Source: an uncultured Patescibacteria group bacterium
GTDB lineage: Bacteria > Patescibacteriota > Microgenomatia > UBA1400 > PJMF01
Direction: 5' to 3'
Length of the DNA stretch: 64,000 bases
Assembly: GCA_905478415.1 (NCBI GenBank)
Contig: CAJQIG010000001.1
Location: 309,892-373,891, forward strand
Shown here: piece after piece, positions 21,559 to 30,446 of the stretch
Layout of the letters: the number at the start of each line of letters is the position of its first letter
Numbering within the stretch: the first letter of the stretch is position 1
Translations under genes and position numbers: made by a program
The notes under the pieces: model-generated
Database searches by the model: none
Seen by the model: the letters and a program-made list of their open reading frames with translations, nothing else
What the model was told of the DNA's origin: nothing

Positions 21559-22614
21559 ATGTGGGCATTTTTCCTCTCTTTCATCATTGCATCAAGTACT
21601 GCTCCTCTAGTAATTTGGTTGTATAAAAAAAACAACTGGCTTGATAATCCTGAGACAGACACCCACATTAAAAAAACCCACACGAAACCAGTGCCAAGAG
21701 GAGGTGGGCTGGTTATCTTTTCTGCATTTCTCATAAGCTCACTACTTTTACTCCAGATTGATAAACACTTACTTGCTATTATCATCGCAGCTGCTCTACT
21801 AACAATTGTTGGTTTTCTCGATGACATTTGGGATATCAGCCCCAAAATTAGACTGGTAACTGGACTGCTCGCAGCTGGCATTGTGGTAGCCTCAGGGATT
21901 GGTATTGCCTACATAACAAACCCCTTTGGACCAGGAGTAATTCACCTCAACCAACCACAACTTGCGTTTGAACTCTTAGGAAAAGTCAGAACTATTTGGA
22001 TAGTAGCAGACATTTTCGCTCTCTTTTTCATTCTCTGGAATATGAATAGTGTTAACTGGTCAAAAGGAGTCGATGGCCAACTACCTAGTTTTGTAACGGT
22101 AGGCATGATTGTCATTGGTATTTTTTCCAGCAGGTTTGTCGATGACCCAACTCTTTTCCATACCACTACTTTTTCATTTATCGTCGCTGGAGCCTTTGCA
22201 GGCTTGCTCCTTTGGAATTGGTATCCTCAAAAAATGATGCCAGGCTATGGAGCAGGTTCACTAGCTGGCTTCTTTTTAGGTGTCACGGCTATTATAAGTG
22301 GCGCTAAGGTAGCTACTATTGTGTTAGTGCTTGGAATTCCGACCGCTGACGCCCTTTTTACAATCCTGAGAAGATTGGCTGAGAGAAAATCACCACTTTG
22401 GGGAGATAGGGGTCATCTCCATCACATTTTACTGGATAACTACAACTTTACACAAAGACATATTTCCCTTTTCTACCTTACCAGTAGTCTTGTCTTGGGG
22501 GGAGTTGCTCTGTATTTGAATACTACCCAAAAATTGATTACAATGGCAGTAATCTTCGTGTTTGTATTCGGGCTTCATAGTATTACTCGTGTACGCAAAC
22601 AGAAAAAAAGGTAG
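21559..22614 (+). CDS. glycosyltransferase family 4 (WecA/MraY-like polyprenyl-phosphate N-acetylhexosamine-1-phosphate transferase)
   Basis: Start at ATG 21559, 2 nt after preceding stop; polytopic; DDxxD-like LDDIWD and C-terminal HHIL motifs. Confidence 0.65.
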   Translation: MWAFFLSFIIASSTAPLVIWLYKKNNWLDNPETDTHIKKTHTKPVPRGGGLVIFSAFLISSLLLLQIDKHLLAIIIAAALLTIVGFLDDIWDISPKIRLVTGLLAAGIVVASGIGIAYITNPFGPGVIHLNQPQLAFELLGKVRTIWIVADIFALFFILWNMNSVNWSKGVDGQLPSFVTVGMIVIGIFSSRFVDDPTLFHTTTFSFIVAGAFAGLLLWNWYPQKMMPGYGAGSLAGFFLGVTAIISGAKVATIVLVLGIPTADALFTILRRLAERKSPLWGDRGHLHHILLDNYNFTQRHISLFYLTSSLVLGGVALYLNTTQKLITMAVIFVFVFGLHSITRVRKQKKR

Positions 22615-22619
22615 ACGAT

Positions 22620-23573
22620 ATGTCACTACTACTTGGAATCATTAAAACCGCCCGCCCACAACAATGGATTAAAAACCTTGCCCTGTATGCAGCCCTTATT
22701 TTTTCTGGTTTCTTCTTCTATGTACCAGTCGATGCGCCTGCCTATTTTTGGACTGTTTCATATGCCTTCGTGACCTTTTGTGTGCTCACTTCAAGCATCT
22801 ACTTCATCAATGACCTCTTTGATTATGAAGCTGATAAAAAGCATCCCTTTAAGAAAAAACGACCAATCCCTTCAGGGGTTGTCTCAAAAAAACTAGCCAT
22901 GTTGATAGCCGCTACAGGGCTAGTGATTACCTTTCTACTTTCACTTAAATTGACTCTCTTCTTTCAACTATTAGTCTTAGGATATGCGGTACTCCAATTC
23001 TGGTACTCAAAACAACTCAAGCACATTCCCATCCTTGATATCAGTACCATTGCTACCGGCTTCTTGATTAGAATTTACGCTGGATCAGTTGTGGTTAATC
23101 TCCATATGAGTGTCTGGTTTCTGCTCACTGTTATCTCAGCTTCACTCTTTTTAGCAGTTGGAAAACGTCAGAGCGAGCGCACACTGCTCCAAGCAAATGG
23201 GGGCAGTTCAGTTGGTGAAACTCGAAAAATTCTTACTCGATACTCACAGCGGTTACTTGACCAATACACAGCAATGTTTGCAATGGCAACCTGGCTTACC
23301 TATGCCCTTTTTGCCTTTCAAAACGAAATTAGCACACCAGAGTCATTTTTTGCTGATGTATACACGCTCTTACCAAAAGCGTTACATTCTCAAAAACTCC
23401 TGATGCTTTCGGTCCCTTTCGTTATTTTTGGAGTCATGAGATATCTACAACTCATTTATGAGAGCAATAAGGGTGAATCTCCAGAAAAAGTACTCCTACA
23501 AGATAAACCACTTAAAATTACAGTGCTTCTCTTCGGGGTTCTAGTAATGATCATTATTTACCTTCTCACCTAG
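22620..23573 (+). CDS. UbiA-family prenyltransferase, decaprenyl-phosphate phosphoribosyltransferase-like
   Basis: NDLFDYEADKKHPFKKKRPIPSG matches the NDxxDxxxD ... KxRP.xSG signature of the DPPR synthase branch. Confidence 0.6.
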   Translation: MSLLLGIIKTARPQQWIKNLALYAALIFSGFFFYVPVDAPAYFWTVSYAFVTFCVLTSSIYFINDLFDYEADKKHPFKKKRPIPSGVVSKKLAMLIAATGLVITFLLSLKLTLFFQLLVLGYAVLQFWYSKQLKHIPILDISTIATGFLIRIYAGSVVVNLHMSVWFLLTVISASLFLAVGKRQSERTLLQANGGSSVGETRKILTRYSQRLLDQYTAMFAMATWLTYALFAFQNEISTPESFFADVYTLLPKALHSQKLLMLSVPFVIFGVMRYLQLIYESNKGESPEKVLLQDKPLKITVLLFGVLVMIIIYLLT

Positions 23574-23583
23574 ATAACTCACT

Positions 23584-24990
23584 ATGACAACAGATTCTTG
23601 GATTAAAAAGTACTATGGCTCTCTCTTGCTTGGTATTCTTTTTTTCTCATTTGTAACTCGAATATATAACCTTCACATTCCAGAACGATATATCTTTGAC
23701 GAAGTGTATCATGCAGTAACTGCCAAACTTATTGCTCAAAATGACCCTAGAGCGTTTGAATGGTGGAACCCACCTCCAGAAAAAGATACAGCTGTCGACT
23801 GGCTGCACCCCCCACTTGCAAAATATACTCAAGCGCTAGCGATGAATTTTTTTGGAGAAAATTCGTTTGGCTGGAGAATAAGTTCCGCTTTTTTTGGTGT
23901 ACTAGTTATTTTTCTGATTGCAAAACTCTCCTTATCCCTTACCAAGGATTACACCATTAGTATTTTAGCCACACTCTTTGCCGCACTTGAAGGGTTGCTT
24001 CTTGTCATGTCCCGGATCGCCATGAATGATATCCATGTTACCTTTGCCATCTTACTGACTCTGCTCCTGTACCTTAAAACAAAGCCGTTCAGTGTTAAAA
24101 AAGATCTGAGTCACCCTATTGGGTGGTATGTGCTCACTGGACTGAGTGCTGGTGTAGCAATTGCTTCAAAATGGTCAGGTATCTTTGTACTCGGCATCAT
24201 CTTCTTCTACGAATTACTTCAAATTGCTGAACAACTCTACCATACAATTGAAACAAAAAAGAGAAAAATACAAAAAAAATATTTCGTTGAAGCTCTAGCT
24301 CAACTCGGACTTGTTATGGTCGCACTCATCGTTGTGCCCAGCATAGTATATATTGCCAGCTATACCCAAATGTTTTTACAAGGTAAGGATTTTACTCACT
24401 TTATCGAACTTCATAAACAAATCTGGTGGTATCAAAGCGGGTTGACCGCTACCCACACCTACCAATCAACACCACTCGAATGGGTTATCAATAAACGGCC
24501 TGTTTGGATGCACGTTACCTATACCGAAACTGGTGAACGAGGAGACATCTATGCGCACGGAAACTCAATAGTTTTACTTGCTGGTTTACTCGCAGTACTT
24601 TTTTATAGTTTTTCACTTCTCAAAAAACTTTTAAATAGCCCTGATTCAAAACAACCATTTGCCGCTGTTCTCGCCACATTCAGAACTCCCATTGCGTTCA
24701 CAGTACTCAGTTACTTTACTATGTGGATTATCTGGATCAGATCACCCCGGATTATGTTCTTCTACCATTACACACCAGCCATTCCATTTCTGGTTATTAT
24801 TTTAAGCATTTTTCTGAAAAAGGTGTTTGATTTGCCCGAAAAATACCAGCCACTAGCTCAAGCAACAGTGATAACAACCATCATTCTATCGCTTATCTAC
24901 TTTATCGTTTTCTTGCCACACTGGCTGGGAATTCCGCTTCCCATCAAGTTTGTAGATAGTGTCTTCTTCTTTTTTGAGAGCTGGAAATAA
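23584..24990 (+). CDS. PMT_2 / phospholipid-carrier-dependent glycosyltransferase (GT-C)
   Basis: YIFDEVYHA N-terminal motif typical of PMT family; polytopic. Confidence 0.6.
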   Translation: MTTDSWIKKYYGSLLLGILFFSFVTRIYNLHIPERYIFDEVYHAVTAKLIAQNDPRAFEWWNPPPEKDTAVDWLHPPLAKYTQALAMNFFGENSFGWRISSAFFGVLVIFLIAKLSLSLTKDYTISILATLFAALEGLLLVMSRIAMNDIHVTFAILLTLLLYLKTKPFSVKKDLSHPIGWYVLTGLSAGVAIASKWSGIFVLGIIFFYELLQIAEQLYHTIETKKRKIQKKYFVEALAQLGLVMVALIVVPSIVYIASYTQMFLQGKDFTHFIELHKQIWWYQSGLTATHTYQSTPLEWVINKRPVWMHVTYTETGERGDIYAHGNSIVLLAGLLAVLFYSFSLLKKLLNSPDSKQPFAAVLATFRTPIAFTVLSYFTMWIIWIRSPRIMFFYHYTPAIPFLVIILSIFLKKVFDLPEKYQPLAQATVITTIILSLIYFIVFLPHWLGIPLPIKFVDSVFFFFESWK

Positions 24991-25042
24991 TAGAGCTTTT
25001 AGTCTTGTGTGAGGTATAGGGAAGTACTGACTAGCTAGCTAC

Positions 25043-28000
25043 TCAATCATCTGAGGAATAAACAAGAGCATCAAGGAAGCTCAAGCTTTTAATCTCACGC
25101 ATGACTTCAATAATCAGTTTTTTGAGTTCAGCAACTTCTTCTCTTGAAATAGTAAAGCTACGAGAAACTATTTTGCCTGTTTTTGTTGGCTCAACAAATT
25201 CAAATACTGTTTCAGCCACAGAGTACGGAAAACTGGAGTCAAGTTCGGCGAGCAATACATAAAAAACGAGCTGACGTTTATAGGCACCTCGAATTGATTC
25301 AGGCAATCCCTGCTCTCGTTCTGAGAGAAAACTCAAGCTTGTCTGAGTAGTAGCTTCAATCACATTTGCACTTTTAGCTGTGCCTGTTTTGTAATCAATC
25401 AAACGGACCTTTTTGGTGACTGGGTCTATCAAGTCAATGCGATCTAATCGTCCACTTAAAGGAATTTGGTGTTCTCCATCAAATAAAAGAGTTTTGCTAA
25501 AGGTGCCACCAAAAAATCGTTCTGTAAACAATGGCTTTTTAATTGAAGGGGCATATGTTTCATAATACACAGCTAAAGCCTCTGTGCCTTTTTTAGACCA
25601 ATCTGCATAGTCCTTTTCCAAAAGTACTTCTTTTGCTAAAGCTGTAGTGAAACTAGTTTGCAGGGCACTGAGTGACATCCCTCCATCTGCAGCACTGCTA
25701 TAAAAATCTTCGAGGGCCTTATGCATCGCCGTTCCAAAACTTAAGTGAGCTAGCTTGGCTCTGGGAATTTTAAGTAGCGAGTTATAGATAAACTCTTTGG
25801 GATCTTTTAGGTAGGTGTTTAAAGCAGTTACTGATAAAGTAAAGTCTTCAACCAACGAAGCAAAGAACTCTTTCTCTTGAGCAGTCACATCAACGTTTGC
25901 TGTACTCGGAACTGAGGTGAGAAGGCGAGTTTCAACTGTTTGAGCTAACAACTGGAGTGTTGACTCACTCTCAGTTAGTAAGCTATCACCAATTTCTTCC
26001 AGGAACATACTTCCTACAAAATTTCTAACTACTTTTCCTTCAACCAAAGACTTTGGATAGCTGAGTAAAGTTCCCTTTTTTGCTCGAGTAATGGCTACAT
26101 AAAACAAGCGACGATCTTCTTCATTTTTTTCCAATTTTGAAACATCAACATGAGAAAGAATACCATTAGGAAGTGCTAGTAACTCACGGGAGACAGTATT
26201 GCCCCACTTTTTATCGACTAATCGCATCACAAATACATACTCCCACTCACGCCCTTTGGCTTTGTGAATACTTGAAAGAGTCACCTTGTTTTGAGTCGTC
26301 GCCGGCTGTTGCGTTTTGAAAACCAGCCCATGTTCGGTCATTGTTTGTAAAGCTAACAAAAAATCTGAAAGTCCAAATTGTTTTGAAACTTGCAACCATT
26401 TTTTTATTTCGTTAAAAAGAGTTTGCACGGCTAACAGATGTTCTTTGGCACCTGCTTTTTCAACCAACCAAGAAAATAGTCCCAAACCATTTTCATCGGC
26501 AATAAGTGTCTCAAACCAAGTAGTAAATAAGACGTTTTTTTCTAGAGCAGCTAATGACTCAAGCTTTATTTTAAAAGACTGTAACTGTGTAAAGCCATCA
26601 ACATCAAGTGAAAAATCAGGCGTCAAAGTATCGACATCTCTCTCAAGAACCGTTGCGAAAGTAACTCGTAGTTTACTTGCAATTCGAGCCGTTTGAAACA
26701 CAGCCAACCGTGGCAACTTCAGCCAATCCAGTAAAAAGACTTCAAACAGCAAACCGCTCTCTTCTGTCTCTCCCAGATTCTTAATCACCTGCATAACCTG
26801 TAGTAACTGTTGAATATAGACGTCATCCAAAACATTATTAGAATTATCTGTCTCAAAAGGAATAGCTGCTTCTAAAAGTAGGTCTTGTAGCTCGTAGGCG
26901 TCAGCATGGTTTTTATAGAGCACTGCAATTTCCTGTGGCTCAACCCCACTATCTAGTAAGCGTGAAATCTCTGTAGCTATGTAGTTATTTTCCAGTACCA
27001 CTGTAGCTGCTGGCACCAACTTAAGCTGATCTTGCTGCTTTGATTTTTGCGTTTGGGCTGACTGTAAGCACGTTGTCAGGGCAGTCCTCAGCACCTCGTC
27101 ATGTTCTGGCAAAAATGAGCCTGCTGACGTTTGCAAAGATACGGTATTTTTAACAATGGTCTGGTGAGCAGCGTCATAGAGTTTTTGTGGACACCTATAG
27201 CCTGTTTTGAGTGTGATTACCGTGGCTGTTGGGTATCTTTCAAGAAACCCAAGCATGTTTTCGACAGAAGCTCCTTGAAACCGAAAAATTGACTGATGTG
27301 GGTCACCAACTACAAACAGATTTGCTTGTTCTCCCCACCAACTAGCCAAGTGATCAACAATGGTATTTTGAGCGGTATTGGTATCTTGATACTCATCGAC
27401 CAAAATATATTGAAGTTTTTCTTGATACTCTAATAATAACTCCTCGTGTTCCGAAAAAGCAGTGGTCACAAACGTAATCATGTCGTCAAAGTCATATCGG
27501 TTACGCTGTTGCAGCTGAGCCTGATACTTTACATATAACGTTAACAACTCTTTCTGCTTAGCAAGATTTTTTTCTCGTTTTGTCAGCTGTGTTTTTTTGA
27601 GGTCATTCCGTTCTTGCTCTAAAACTTCCGACTCTACTCTAAGAATTTCCTCAAACTCAGTAGGAGAAACACCCTCACGCTTAAGGTTTGATATTTGAGA
27701 CTGCACTGTTCGCAAGTAGTACAACGGTCTACTTAATGGCTTGAGCACCGTAAGGTTTGAAGAACTCAGTAGCTCTTCAAACAACTCGTATTTTTCTAAA
27801 TCTGAAAGTGGTTGACTAGTGATATCGAGATCAAAGTATTCTGGATGCTCAGTAATAACTTCACTACAAAATGAGTGAAAGGTAGTAATGGCCACATGGT
27901 AGCCAGCTGTACCCATCATCTGTACCAATCGCTCACGCATATTTTTAGCAGCAGCATCAGTAAAGGTCAGTGCCAAAATATTTGAAGGCTCTATGTCCTG

Positions 28001-28159
28001 TTGCTCTAAGATGTGCGCAATGCGGCAAGCTAGTACATGCGTCTTGCCAGTACCAGGACCTGCAATCACCATGACAGGACCTTCGGTGGTAGTCACCGCT
28101 CGTCTCTGCTCTGGATTGAGCATCTGGAACGTCTCTTTAAAAGAGAGTTTGGGCTTCAT
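25043..28159 (-). CDS. UvrD/PcrA-like superfamily 1 helicase with C-terminal PD-(D/E)XK (RecB-like) nuclease domain
   Basis: N-terminal AGPGTGKTH Walker A plus later helicase motifs; C-terminal RLDRIDLID...IDYKTG nuclease motif. Confidence 0.75.
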   Translation of the reverse strand: MKPKLSFKETFQMLNPEQRRAVTTTEGPVMVIAGPGTGKTHVLACRIAHILEQQDIEPSNILALTFTDAAAKNMRERLVQMMGTAGYHVAITTFHSFCSEVITEHPEYFDLDITSQPLSDLEKYELFEELLSSSNLTVLKPLSRPLYYLRTVQSQISNLKREGVSPTEFEEILRVESEVLEQERNDLKKTQLTKREKNLAKQKELLTLYVKYQAQLQQRNRYDFDDMITFVTTAFSEHEELLLEYQEKLQYILVDEYQDTNTAQNTIVDHLASWWGEQANLFVVGDPHQSIFRFQGASVENMLGFLERYPTATVITLKTGYRCPQKLYDAAHQTIVKNTVSLQTSAGSFLPEHDEVLRTALTTCLQSAQTQKSKQQDQLKLVPAATVVLENNYIATEISRLLDSGVEPQEIAVLYKNHADAYELQDLLLEAAIPFETDNSNNVLDDVYIQQLLQVMQVIKNLGETEESGLLFEVFLLDWLKLPRLAVFQTARIASKLRVTFATVLERDVDTLTPDFSLDVDGFTQLQSFKIKLESLAALEKNVLFTTWFETLIADENGLGLFSWLVEKAGAKEHLLAVQTLFNEIKKWLQVSKQFGLSDFLLALQTMTEHGLVFKTQQPATTQNKVTLSSIHKAKGREWEYVFVMRLVDKKWGNTVSRELLALPNGILSHVDVSKLEKNEEDRRLFYVAITRAKKGTLLSYPKSLVEGKVVRNFVGSMFLEEIGDSLLTESESTLQLLAQTVETRLLTSVPSTANVDVTAQEKEFFASLVEDFTLSVTALNTYLKDPKEFIYNSLLKIPRAKLAHLSFGTAMHKALEDFYSSAADGGMSLSALQTSFTTALAKEVLLEKDYADWSKKGTEALAVYYETYAPSIKKPLFTERFFGGTFSKTLLFDGEHQIPLSGRLDRIDLIDPVTKKVRLIDYKTGTAKSANVIEATTQTSLSFLSEREQGLPESIRGAYKRQLVFYVLLAELDSSFPYSVAETVFEFVEPTKTGKIVSRSFTISREEVAELKKLIIEVMREIKSLSFLDALVYSSDD

Positions 28160-29369
28160 CTTTTGGTGTTTCTAAAGAAGCGGTTTCTTCTTCATTTAGT
28201 TTGGATTCGGGTAATTCTAAATGCTGGATTGTAGGGAGTGCACCACCAATAATACCTTGCAAATCTCCGTACAGTGCTGAGGTGCTCATAACCACTGTTT
28301 CAAGTTCTTTTTCGCGCTTATTCCAAATACGTTGGAATGAACGCTTCTCTGTTTCTAAGTCTTGCTTCATATTCATGAACGCCATAACAATGTTTTCAAT
28401 TCTATTTTTGAACTGCGAACCACTCAAGTAACCAAACAGAACTTCCATTTTTTCATCTCGACCAACGAGTGACTGTTTGACTTTTGAAAGCTCAATAATA
28501 TGCATTCTTAGTGCCGAAGCTAGTGGCACCACATGAGTATGACCAACAACCCACACACCATTTTTAAGACCAAAACCTTTGATATCATCAGGAAGTGCTT
28601 GTGAAACTAAAATGGCTACATCAGCTTTGACAATACCTTGATCCCCCTTCAGTTTAGAAATCCATTTTTCGCTAAAGGCTTTGGTGTTTTTTGATTCCCA
28701 CAATATTGTTCCTGCTTTGGCACCAATTTGAGCATTAACGTTTTGAATGAGATCTGCTCCTTTCACGCCTTGAGGAACATCAGTAACCTCATCTTTCATA
28801 AAAGTAGATGAAAGTAGTTCTTTGAGCTGATCTTCCTGGACTTCACCTTGAATCTGCATGGAACCCTGTTCTGCTTTTCGCTTCAGATCATCAATTTGCT
28901 TACGCATAATTTCAAGTTGTTTATCTTTTTCTTGAAGTTTGAGTCCCTGCTGTTCTGCTTCTGATTTTTTTGTTTGTTCGATAATTTTGGCGCGCTCTTC
29001 GTCGATTTTGCGAGTCATCTCTAACTCAATCTTTTTTTCTCTCTCTTCAAGATCTCTGGATTTTTTTCTTAACTCCAACTCTATTTTTTCTGATTCTTCA
29101 AGCTTTTTTGAATTTTCTTTAAGTTGTTCTTGTAGATCTTTTAGCTCTTTGTGTTGTTTTTCAGCAGCCTTCTCTTGGGCAACTTGCCAAAGGCGTTTCT
29201 TTTCTTTGACTGCCTTTTCTTCAAGTTCCGCGCGGAGTTTTTCTTCAAATATAATCTTTTGTTTTTCCAATTGGTGTTTGAGTTTGTGTCCTACTTGCTC
29301 TGAAAGTGCTTTCGTTAACGGAATTTGTGCTCCACAATCGGGGCAAGTAATAGTTTGATCTTCTGGCAT
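28137..29369 (-). CDS. DUF2130-family protein (N-terminal CxxC zinc ribbon, long coiled coil, conserved C-terminal domain)
   Basis: MPEDQTITCPDCGAQIPL ... KE-rich coiled coil; overlaps the helicase start by 23 nt. Confidence 0.6.
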   Translation of the reverse strand: MPEDQTITCPDCGAQIPLTKALSEQVGHKLKHQLEKQKIIFEEKLRAELEEKAVKEKKRLWQVAQEKAAEKQHKELKDLQEQLKENSKKLEESEKIELELRKKSRDLEEREKKIELEMTRKIDEERAKIIEQTKKSEAEQQGLKLQEKDKQLEIMRKQIDDLKRKAEQGSMQIQGEVQEDQLKELLSSTFMKDEVTDVPQGVKGADLIQNVNAQIGAKAGTILWESKNTKAFSEKWISKLKGDQGIVKADVAILVSQALPDDIKGFGLKNGVWVVGHTHVVPLASALRMHIIELSKVKQSLVGRDEKMEVLFGYLSGSQFKNRIENIVMAFMNMKQDLETEKRSFQRIWNKREKELETVVMSTSALYGDLQGIIGGALPTIQHLELPESKLNEEETASLETPKDEAQTLF

Positions 29370-29383
29370 TTGGTCGGACTTTC

Positions 29384-29641
29384 TTATGAATGTTCTTCTG
29401 TATCGCGTGTTTGGAGTCGAGAAATACTGCGATCAACTTGAGCTCTCTTTATACCAACCATATCCTTGACAGTACCTTCAGAAGCAAACTCCGCTCTGAC
29501 AAGTTTTTTTCGCTCTGTCTGAGCTTTCTGCAACCGGGAATTCATCTCTTCCGCTCGTCGCTGTCCAAATGACGAGGGAGCAGCACTTCGCTCAGCAGAA
29601 GAATCAGATTTTTTAACGGGGGTTGGACGTAAAAATTTCAT
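29384..29641 (-). CDS. small basic hypothetical protein (85 aa), first gene of the DUF2130 operon
   Basis: ORF; a TATACT -10 on the minus strand at 29651-29656 sits just upstream of the ATG. Confidence 0.45.
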   Translation of the reverse strand: MKFLRPTPVKKSDSSAERSAAPSSFGQRRAEEMNSRLQKAQTERKKLVRAEFASEGTVKDMVGIKRAQVDRSISRLQTRDTEEHS

Positions 29642-29675
29642 CGTGCACTTAGTATAGCAAAGAAGGTGAAATTTT

Positions 29676-29698
29676 GGCGGCGCGACTTGCGCGCCGCC
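29676..29698. repeat. perfect GC-only 9-bp-stem hairpin ggcggcgcg-acttg-cgcgccgcc
   Basis: Read directly; composition outlier in an AT-rich intergenic region. Confidence 0.8.
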
Positions 29699-30044
29699 AT
29701 TCTTATAATAATCTCAAAACGTTACTGAGAGCGCATCTGCTGAACCCGGGCATTCGGGTCAGATGCACTTCCGGTTGGCTCCAAAGGAAACCCTTCTGAC
29801 CAACCAAAACGAAAATTCACAACAGCCATGGGCAAAGAAACTACGTTTCTTATCAGTCTCCAGGCCCAAAAACCAGTTTTAACTTCTCTTGCTTCCCACC
29901 GTCGTATCACCGTTGGGTTTTTTGTAACCATTTAGTAAGATCCTCCTAGTTGATGAGATTTTTAAAGAAGTCGTTATTATACCCAATCAGTTTAAATAGA
30001 TACAGCAGGAAAAAAACAGCCAATGTGATATAGTATGTCATACT

Positions 30045-30446
30045 ATGAAAGAAAAACACCGCTCCTCTCCAGAAATTAGAATTCTTCTCGCCGAAGATAA
30101 TCATAATTGGCAACAGTTAGTTGATAGAATTGTCACTGAACTGGGAGGAACCCTGGTCCTTACCGTTGATACACTAGAAGAAGCCTTAGCAGCAATAGTT
30201 CTCATGGAAAAACTCCAAATTGACCTAGCCATCTTGGGTGGAAACCTTGGAGCCTTCGAGGAAGGTAACCCAGATGCAGTTGCTATGCTTGAAGCTATGG
30301 CCGTTCATGCTCCAACTGTTAAAACCGTTGGCCTTTCTGGAGACACTATTCCAGGTGCTGATGTTGATCTTGGTAAACAGAATGTTGATCAGTTAGAGAC
30401 AACAATTTTTGAACTGTTTACTGAGCCTGAAACTACCCAAGAATAG
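30045..30446 (+). CDS. stand-alone receiver (CheY-like) domain protein
   Basis: RILLAEDN start typical of REC domain; no output domain. Confidence 0.45.
   Translation: MKEKHRSSPEIRILLAEDNHNWQQLVDRIVTELGGTLVLTVDTLEEALAAIVLMEKLQIDLAILGGNLGAFEEGNPDAVAMLEAMAVHAPTVKTVGLSGDTIPGADVDLGKQNVDQLETTIFELFTEPETTQE

Noticed and set aside
28939-29358. Ser/Cys/Phe-rich 139-aa ORF
   Set aside because: It is antisense to the Lys/Glu-rich coiled-coil region of DUF2130, a low-complexity artefact.
29372-29390. RNase P RNA P4-like motif GAAAGUCCGACC on the minus strand, and CUGAACCCGGG / GAGAGCGCA on the plus strand at 29725-29750
   Set aside because: The short matches are isolated. The minus-strand hit sits in the 5' UTR directly abutting the DUF2130 start. 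No P1, P2 or P4 3' strand, nor the rest of the about 350-nt RNase P architecture, is present.
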